Shown one piece after another: positions 22,629-28,787 of a stretch of 28,787 bases of DNA. The notes beneath the pieces are model-generated. The model was not told the DNA's origin. It was given only the letters and a program-made list of their open reading frames with translations, and made no database searches. Each line of letters opens with the position of its first letter. Within the stretch, counting starts at the first letter, position 1. The DNA is taken from positions 1 through 28,787 of the IMG/VR virus record IMGVR_UViG_3300017748_000085; one strand, given 5' to 3'. Source of the DNA: a virus. Its lineage: Duplodnaviria > Caudoviricetes. The position numbers and the translations under genes were made by a program.

Positions 22629-25081
22629 TGCCCTACAAGTCAGAGCATACGGCCCGGCAGACCGACCCCGAGCGTTTTAAAGACCTTCGACGAGTACACG
22701 AAGAAGTCGCGCCCGATGGCATCGATTTCATCTACGGCATCAAAGAAGACGGCACGAGCGAGATCCAAAGCGTTCGCGCCGATGCCTCTTTATGGACTGT
22801 CGAGGACTTCGTTTCATGGCTTGAAGAGCATGACCTCGCAGCCTACAACGTCGAGCCAGCAGCCAAGCAGCAAGCCGAGCCCGAAGAGATGGCGAAGAGC
22901 GACGCAAGCACACCGGCAAAACCTGAAGAACGAATCAAGGGCAGCGACAAGAACAAGCCAGAAAGCGCAGCAGACAAGCGCGGCGGCATCGAGCTAGACG
23001 AGCCGACCGAAACCGGCTTGATGAACAAGGTTCAAGCACACAACGAAGACGTGAAAGGTGACCTGACAAAGCGCACCGATATCGGCGTGCTTAAAGCGGT
23101 CTATCGTCGAGGCGCGGGCGCATTTAGTGCAAGCCATCGACCCGGCATGACGCGCGGACAGTGGGCAATGGGTCGCGTAAACGCTTTTCTTCATCTACTT
23201 AAAGAAGGCAAGCCAAAGAATCCAAAGTACACAACCGACAACGACCTTTTACCCGCAGGGCATCCACGAGCGAAACGCAAGGATGACGAAGCAAGCCGAG
23301 AACTCGGGCGCATGGTGCGTTTGCCGATGTATGTACGCGACGCATTGCGCAAGGGTCTAAAGTTGCACGAGGCAGGGCGCAGTGGGCAAGGGTTGCGCGA
23401 AGCGACGGTACGGATGGCGACCATCGGCGCGCAGTCTGGCGAATGGTCTGAAGAGAAGATAATCAAGGCGGCAGCATGGTTCGAGCGTCACGAAAGCGAC
23501 CGCAAGCTTAAAGGCGGGCGGCGCTGGAATATTAAAGGCGCAGAAACGCCGGGCTTCGTCGCTTGGTTACTTTGGGGCAGCGATGCCAACGACCGCGGAC
23601 GCGCATGGCTTCGCAACAAATCAGAAGAATTGAAAGAAGGTGGTCAAATGAGCCAGCCAGAGCAAGAGCAAGCCGTCGAGCTTGGATGGAACGAAGGCGA
23701 AAAAGACATGGCATTCGAGCCGAAACCAGGCGACCCGCTCGCAGAGTATCGCGACCCGAATGGCGTTCTGACTCCAATGATTACCAAAGACGATATCGAC
23801 CCAGAGCGCGAGAAGGATTTGCACGTTATGCGGCTCGGACCGTTGTACGACCTCGACTCGGGCGAGATGGTTTTAAATCTCACCGAAGAGGGCGCACGCG
23901 AAATCTCACGCACTACGCAGCGCATGATTGAAGCCGGTCACGTTGTGCCGGTTAGTTTCGAGCATGGCATCGAGGGCGGGCAGCGCGGACAGGACGGGAG
24001 CGACCGCCGACCCTATGGGCAAATCGAAGCGGTTTACTATGACGAGCAGCGCCGCGGAATCTATGCTCGCAAGGCATGGACTAAGCTCGGCATGGGGTTA
24101 CTTGTTGCGGCTATGACCGAAGACGGAAAGACTGCAATGCGTATTAGCCCACGGGTAAAGATGCGACCAGCATACCACCCGGCAACCGGCGAAAGATTGG
24201 GCGAGTCGTACATGGATGTAGTCTCTTTGACTACACTACCACGACAAGACTCAATGGAAGCCGTCGCGTTATCTCGTGCAACGGTGACAACCGAGCGAGA
24301 AGAGATTAAAATAGAAGCACCAGAAGTTTTAACCACGGCGGGCGATTCCGCCATAATTGAGGAGTCAAAAGACATGACAGAAGCAATCGAAAAGACGGTT
24401 GATGTTTTGTTAGCTCGTGACTCCGAGGAAGCCCGCAGCATTTATAAAGCGGCGGGACTTGATGAGGGCGCGCCGGTTGTAGAACTAGCTCGCCGATTTG
24501 AGACCGTAAATGCGGAACTTTCTCGGACCACCGAAGAGCTTAAGAAGTATCAAGCCGAAGAGCTTGCGCGATTCACTGCCGAAAAAGAGGCAGAGATCGA
24601 CGCATTCTTGACCGAGCATGATGTTTTAGAAGCAGAGCGAGAGTTCTTTCGAGTATCGCTTTTGAGCGACAACGAGAAGACCGCAGAGCTAGCACGACAG
24701 ACAATCATCGCACGAGGCGCACCCGACAAACTGGCACCAGTTGAAGAGGCGTTGACAGAGGCAAAGAAGCGCGGCGCAGTGCCTGCCGATTTCATCGTTG
24801 AAGGTGAACTCGCAGAACTTAGCCGAACCGCTCCAGAGGTTGCCGTCGGCATCATTAACGCCATTCCAGGCGAGAACGTTGTCCGTGTTGGTGAGCCCGC
24901 CGGGTCTGACGTTGCAGGCGTTGAGACTGAGAGCACAATCGACAAAGAAGAAGCAGGCGTTGAGCTTTCGCGCATCGCTCGCAAGTTAGTAACCGAGGGC
25001 AAGGCATCGAGCCTGCTTGAGGGTCACAAGATGGCAAAAATTGAGCGTCCCGACTTGGTGAACGCAACAAAGGAGAAATAA
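22628..25081 (+). CDS. Prohead protease/scaffold (Mu gpI-like) with three extra N-terminal modules
   Basis: Central protease pattern VPVSFEHG...PYGQI...GIYARKAWT...RISP...VSLTTLP and a C-terminal helical scaffold; about 340 extra N-terminal residues. Confidence 0.8.
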   Translation: MPYKSEHTARQTDPERFKDLRRVHEEVAPDGIDFIYGIKEDGTSEIQSVRADASLWTVEDFVSWLEEHDLAAYNVEPAAKQQAEPEEMAKSDASTPAKPEERIKGSDKNKPESAADKRGGIELDEPTETGLMNKVQAHNEDVKGDLTKRTDIGVLKAVYRRGAGAFSASHRPGMTRGQWAMGRVNAFLHLLKEGKPKNPKYTTDNDLLPAGHPRAKRKDDEASRELGRMVRLPMYVRDALRKGLKLHEAGRSGQGLREATVRMATIGAQSGEWSEEKIIKAAAWFERHESDRKLKGGRRWNIKGAETPGFVAWLLWGSDANDRGRAWLRNKSEELKEGGQMSQPEQEQAVELGWNEGEKDMAFEPKPGDPLAEYRDPNGVLTPMITKDDIDPEREKDLHVMRLGPLYDLDSGEMVLNLTEEGAREISRTTQRMIEAGHVVPVSFEHGIEGGQRGQDGSDRRPYGQIEAVYYDEQRRGIYARKAWTKLGMGLLVAAMTEDGKTAMRISPRVKMRPAYHPATGERLGESYMDVVSLTTLPRQDSMEAVALSRATVTTEREEIKIEAPEVLTTAGDSAIIEESKDMTEAIEKTVDVLLARDSEEARSIYKAAGLDEGAPVVELARRFETVNAELSRTTEELKKYQAEELARFTAEKEAEIDAFLTEHDVLEAEREFFRVSLLSDNEKTAELARQTIIARGAPDKLAPVEEALTEAKKRGAVPADFIVEGELAELSRTAPEVAVGIINAIPGENVVRVGEPAGSDVAGVETESTIDKEEAGVELSRIARKLVTEGKASSLLEGHKMAKIERPDLVNATKEK
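24374..25081 (+). CDS. Probable nested in-frame scaffolding protein
   Basis: GAGGAG at 24359-24364 precedes an in-frame ATG at 24374 (M583), just after the protease domain, as for lambda Nu3 and Mu gpZ. Confidence 0.6.
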   Translation: MTEAIEKTVDVLLARDSEEARSIYKAAGLDEGAPVVELARRFETVNAELSRTTEELKKYQAEELARFTAEKEAEIDAFLTEHDVLEAEREFFRVSLLSDNEKTAELARQTIIARGAPDKLAPVEEALTEAKKRGAVPADFIVEGELAELSRTAPEVAVGIINAIPGENVVRVGEPAGSDVAGVETESTIDKEEAGVELSRIARKLVTEGKASSLLEGHKMAKIERPDLVNATKEK

Positions 25082-25083
25082 AG

Positions 25084-25503
25084 ATGTCTTTACATGTAAA
25101 GATTGACGACCCCAAGTGCACTGGTACAGCCGAGGAAGCCATCGGCGCTGGTCTTGGTGTTCGTTTAGGTGATGACAAGCAGAAGGTCGCACAGTGCGAC
25201 AGTTCAGGCGCTGATGTATTCTACGGAATCGCAGCAGAAGCCGCAGCCGCAGACGGTGACGGAATCCGCTTTTTCGGTCCTGGTGAGTACTGCCGCGCTA
25301 TCTGTGGCGAAGCCCTCAACATTGCCAACGGCGAAGAAGAGACAAAGCTCACAGTGAACAGCGACGGCAAGTTTGTAAAAGCTGGCGACACTAACCCAGT
25401 GCACGCAATTTGGTGTCCTAAGCCTGGTCACGCCGCTCCAGCATCCGGTGACTTCATTGTCGTACAGGTTGCATCATGGGCCGAGCGATTGCTTGACGCA
25501 TAA
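25084..25503 (+). CDS. Putative capsid decoration / cement protein
   Basis: 139 aa, Gly/Ala-rich and beta-type (YGIAAEAAAADGD...KLTVNSDGKFVKA), between scaffold and major capsid; AAGGAG RBS. Confidence 0.68.
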   Translation: MSLHVKIDDPKCTGTAEEAIGAGLGVRLGDDKQKVAQCDSSGADVFYGIAAEAAAADGDGIRFFGPGEYCRAICGEALNIANGEEETKLTVNSDGKFVKAGDTNPVHAIWCPKPGHAAPASGDFIVVQVASWAERLLDA

Positions 25504-25533
25504 TCGAAACACTTGAATTAAGGATTTATTAAA

Positions 25534-26643
25534 ATGGCACTTAACTATCAAAGCCTGAACCCGAAATCGATTCTCCGCGATGCGTTGATCGATCCTAGTC
25601 CCGATTTAAAGGGCATGAACCTCGCTTATCCTCGCATCTTCGGTATTCCCGGACTCGCAGAGGGTGGAATCGCTCGCGGTCGTACCGTTGACTTAACTGG
25701 TAACCCCGGTTTTCTTCACGGCAAACTACTCGTAAGAAACAAGCGCGACCTCTTGGGCGCTGCCGCCGAAGGTAGCGTTGCAAAGCCAATCAACAGCCCG
25801 CGCGATATGGTCGAGAACTTCGCTTATAACGAAATCGACTTTAGCCTCAAGCAGTTCGACGGCAAGACTTCGATCCCTTTACCATTCCTTGAGAATGGCT
25901 TTTTGTCTTCTGAAGACGAAGAGATGATGCTCGTACAGCGTGCGATGATGTCGGTACACATGAAGCTTGAGCGATACTGTTCCGCTTTCTTTACTGCTAT
26001 CTCTGGCGACGCTAGCCCAGACCGCGCACCTGCCGGTTGGACTGAAGTAGATTGGCAAGCTGGCGCAGTTGGCGGTACAGACCTCGATTCGTCTTCGGAC
26101 TTCATGGAAGTCATGAGCAGCGTTATCGACTCCGCTCGACTTCGGTCAACTGCACCTATCAATTCCATGTATCTTGGTCGTGGTGTGGCGAATCGTCTTC
26201 AACGTGAAGCAAGCATCCTCGGTCGCTCTATCGTGGGCGATGCAACTAAGGGTGTCGCAATGGTTAACGGCGCGTCTGCCGCTCCGATTTCTCATGTAAC
26301 TTCCGTTCTGAAGGAATACCTCGAACTGGACGAAGTGATCATTTCTGACGCAATCCAGGACACAGCGAACCACGGGCAAGCAAGCGCAACGTCGTATGTA
26401 TTCCCGTCAGATCGATTGTGGATTGGCTCAGCGGGCGAGATGTCGTTAAGCATCCGCAGCGGTCAGGCTCCACGAGTCCTGAACGGCGCAGGCGCTTTCG
26501 CCAAGCTCATCGGCAAGATGGACGTCCAGATGGGACCAGAGCCCGGTGTTATGCCTCAAAACTTTGAAGCTATCGCCGAGTATTTCTGCGAAAGTGTTGC
26601 ACTCGATACCGATAAGGGTACTATCGTTTACAACATGGGGTAA
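25534..26643 (+). CDS. Major capsid protein (HK97 fold expected)
   Basis: 369 aa, in the canonical position after protease/scaffold and decoration genes; AAGGA RBS; size and composition fit a major capsid protein. Confidence 0.8.
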   Translation: MALNYQSLNPKSILRDALIDPSPDLKGMNLAYPRIFGIPGLAEGGIARGRTVDLTGNPGFLHGKLLVRNKRDLLGAAAEGSVAKPINSPRDMVENFAYNEIDFSLKQFDGKTSIPLPFLENGFLSSEDEEMMLVQRAMMSVHMKLERYCSAFFTAISGDASPDRAPAGWTEVDWQAGAVGGTDLDSSSDFMEVMSSVIDSARLRSTAPINSMYLGRGVANRLQREASILGRSIVGDATKGVAMVNGASAAPISHVTSVLKEYLELDEVIISDAIQDTANHGQASATSYVFPSDRLWIGSAGEMSLSIRSGQAPRVLNGAGAFAKLIGKMDVQMGPEPGVMPQNFEAIAEYFCESVALDTDKGTIVYNMG

Positions 26644-26657
26644 CCTAGGAGCGCAGA

Positions 26658-27086
26658 ATGTCGGATAGCATGAAACCATATCGTCTAAACGGCTTACCGT
26701 TTGTTCACGACAGCCGGGCGAAATATATCACCGACGGCGGTGTGGCTTGGTTATCCGATGAGAGAGCTAGAAAGATTTTGCACAGCCTTAAAAGGCAGGG
26801 CAGGATAAACGTTTTAGTTCTCGAAGAACCGGCAAAGGCGGCAAAGCCAAAAGCAGAGCCGCCCGCGCCAATTGAAGCCGAACAAAGTGAGCAAAGCCCC
26901 GAGGATGTTTTACTCTCCGTTGATGTCCACGGGGTGGCGCTCGCGCTTCATTTTACTAAACGAAAATTGTTAGCTTCGATTCTTGCAGGCGAAGACATCG
27001 AGAGCACGCCAGAGGCTGACGAGATTATTAAAGAAGCGGACGAGGAGCGGCTCGCCGCACTTATCGAAGAAATCAAAGAGGCGTAA
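26658..27086 (+). CDS. Hypothetical protein (head module)
   Basis: 142 aa, AGGAG RBS, Pro/Ala/Glu linker between two small domains. Confidence 0.7.
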   Translation: MSDSMKPYRLNGLPFVHDSRAKYITDGGVAWLSDERARKILHSLKRQGRINVLVLEEPAKAAKPKAEPPAPIEAEQSEQSPEDVLLSVDVHGVALALHFTKRKLLASILAGEDIESTPEADEIIKEADEERLAALIEEIKEA

Positions 27087-27088
27087 TC

Positions 27089-28063
27089 ATGGCATCGCCA
27101 GACCTTCGGCGATTGCTTAACGCCAGCCACAAGTTACAAAACAAGACGGTCGAAGACTTTGAAGACCTGTCGTTTGCGCTCGCTGAGAATGTAGGGCGCA
27201 GGATTGCCGCATCTTTAGGCGTAGACCCAGATTTGATTTACCCACCGGACGGCTCTGATGGTCGCCTAGTTGGTCGCACTAACTTCGAGCGGCTTATCCA
27301 GTCAGTTACAGACGCGGACGCAGTAAAGGCGGTCGTATCTGCCGCCGACCTCGAAGACATCGAAGATTTTATCGCTCAGAGTGGCAGTTTAGCCGCCAGA
27401 GAGAAGATAACCGAAGCCGTGACCAGATTGGCAGGTATGGCGGAACAGTCGCTTGTATCGCAAGGAATAGCCGCACAGGGCGCACTCGACACGGTAGGCG
27501 CGGAGGCGCTTATAGGTAGCTACATCACCAACACGCTTGACGAGGCACTTCGCACGACTATCGATAGAGCGGCGGCGGTGCGTATTCGTCAGGGCATCTT
27601 AACCAACTTGGGCGAGATACCGACTGCAGAGGTTGCGCAGCGCATAGCAGACGAGCAAGAGCAAAGCATCGGGCGAGCTACAACCGAAGCACGCACACAG
27701 CTAGCCGAGGCGGACCGGTTTGTAAATGAAACCACACGGCGCAGTATTGACCCAGACGGCGAGCGGTTTCTGATGGCCTACATTGGACCGGATGACCGTA
27801 TAACGCGCCCGTTTTGTGACGCCCTTGTTAATAAGGCTTTTAAGCTCGCAGACTTCAGTAAGCTGCGAAATGGGCAAACCGCTACACACCCGCGAATCTC
27901 GGGTGGCGGTTACAATTGCCGGCACGACGTTCGCGCAGTAATCGACGACGATGAAATTTTGTCCGACCTTGGATTACAGCGTGGTACACTATCCGACATT
28001 AATCAAGCAAACGAGCGAGCGGCAAAAGGCAAGCGCAAGAAAAAGAGGAGGCGGAGACGATGA
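27089..28063 (+). CDS. Head morphogenesis / minor capsid protein (Mu gpF / SPP1 gp7-like)
   Basis: YIGPDDRITRPFC...GGYNCRH motif; very basic C-terminus KGKRKKKRRRR. Confidence 0.8.
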   Translation: MASPDLRRLLNASHKLQNKTVEDFEDLSFALAENVGRRIAASLGVDPDLIYPPDGSDGRLVGRTNFERLIQSVTDADAVKAVVSAADLEDIEDFIAQSGSLAAREKITEAVTRLAGMAEQSLVSQGIAAQGALDTVGAEALIGSYITNTLDEALRTTIDRAAAVRIRQGILTNLGEIPTAEVAQRIADEQEQSIGRATTEARTQLAEADRFVNETTRRSIDPDGERFLMAYIGPDDRITRPFCDALVNKAFKLADFSKLRNGQTATHPRISGGGYNCRHDVRAVIDDDEILSDLGLQRGTLSDINQANERAAKGKRKKKRRRRR

Positions 28064-28787
28064 TCTTTCAAGTTCAAATAGGGCAAGCAAGAGCCTTCGA
28101 GTGGTGCCCGGCTTACTTGCCAGACCCGACCGGCGCACCCTCGGTCACGTTTTACGCAAACGGCACAAGCGCAACAAAGACACTCGAAGCGTCGGCGTCG
28201 CAATCTGTTAGCGGCGTGCCTGATGCGTATCGGTTAAGCCTTGGCGCGTTAAGCTCGGCGGCGTTCGCTGGATTGGTTGGCAGCACTGGCGCGGGCGGGT
28301 GGTATCTACACCTCGCGGGCTTCGGGCAGTTCGCCGTAAATGTAAGCCATTTCGACGACGCTCAAAACGAGTTGATTCTCGCGGAGGCTTTACCGGTTGG
28401 CGTGCCTTCGGATGCTACCGGCACCATCTATCACAATAAATGGAGGTGTACGCTATCGGCTGACGAGTTAACCGCAGCCGTTGATCGTGCCGGATATTAC
28501 CAAATCAACTACCAAGTGGACGACGACCCAGGCGCGACGAATGTCAAGGTTCGATTGATGTCGGAGCGTGGTCGCCTTCGTGTGGTCCGGGCGGCTTTCC
28601 TTACCGGGTTGACCGCTTCGGACCTCACGACACTGGTTCCACAGTTGGAAGCAACGCGACCGGCTAGCCGCGAAGGTTGGCAGCCATATATTAACGATTA
28701 CGACATCATCGGCGACGTTGAAGCAAAGTTACCGGCGAACCGATACGCAGACCAGACGCTCGGGGAGCAGTTTAGAAGGGCACACGC
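28060..28787 (+). CDS. Structural protein, possibly head-completion/adaptor (partial, runs off the window)
   Basis: Absent from the ORF track because it has no stop. ATGA overlap and GGAG RBS; MIFQVQIGQARAFEWCP... stays open to the window end. Confidence 0.65.
   Translation, partial: MIFQVQIGQARAFEWCPAYLPDPTGAPSVTFYANGTSATKTLEASASQSVSGVPDAYRLSLGALSSAAFAGLVGSTGAGGWYLHLAGFGQFAVNVSHFDDAQNELILAEALPVGVPSDATGTIYHNKWRCTLSADELTAAVDRAGYYQINYQVDDDPGATNVKVRLMSERGRLRVVRAAFLTGLTASDLTTLVPQLEATRPASREGWQPYINDYDIIGDVEAKLPANRYADQTLGEQFRRAH

Larger units (their letters stand above)
1..28787. mobile_element. Tailed bacteriophage genome segment (siphovirus-like, Mu-like head module, initiator/DnaB replication)
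   Basis: TMP, endolysin, terminase, portal, protease, capsid and replication genes fill the window; no host housekeeping operon is present. Confidence 0.95.

Noticed and set aside
24329-24357. Internal promoter TTAACC-N17-CATAAT for the scaffold
   Set aside because: The predicted start would fall within or after the GAGGAG RBS and the -35 is weak. It is not distinguishable from chance.
21099-28063. Mu-like transposable phage
   Set aside because: Only the head genes are Mu-like. No transposase or MuB was seen, and the window encodes origin/initiator/DnaB replication.
1-28787. Alternative genetic code, diversity-generating retroelement, inteins or introns
   Set aside because: Genes are full length in the standard code and use all three stop codons. 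No reverse transcriptase or TR/VR pair was noticed, and DnaB and TerL are of normal length.

Overview
A 28.8-kb segment of a tailed dsDNA phage (siphovirus-like Caudoviricetes), with no flanking host genes visible. The order is: end of the tail module (tape measure protein, one tail-tip-like gene, M15 endolysin); a small leftward operon with ssb; a lambda-O-style replication module (HTH initiator with an internal iteron origin, DnaB, stand-alone LexA-type DNA-binding domain, Holliday-junction resolvase, lytic transglycosylase); two promoter-led accessory operons (LPD29-like protein, YqaJ exonuclease, HNH nuclease); an inverted terS-terL pair divergent from a ParB-N/DNA methyltransferase; a 395-bp intergenic region; and a Mu-like head operon (portal, protease/scaffold, decoration protein, major capsid, gpF-like protein, partial head-completion gene). 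No integrase, transposase, tRNA or CRISPR array was seen. Three observations stand out. (1) Two tandem promoter-to-terminator units with no sense-strand gene lie upstream of the portal; the first has two segments exactly complementary, in antiparallel order, to the translation-initiation region of the orphan gene at 10619. (2) The 817-aa head protease carries three extra N-terminal modules and a recurring E-L-[SAG]-R motif at module boundaries and through the scaffold, suggesting a self-processed cargo polyprotein. (3) One promoter/leader motif recurs in front of three accessory operons. All family assignments come from motif recognition by eye, not from database searches.
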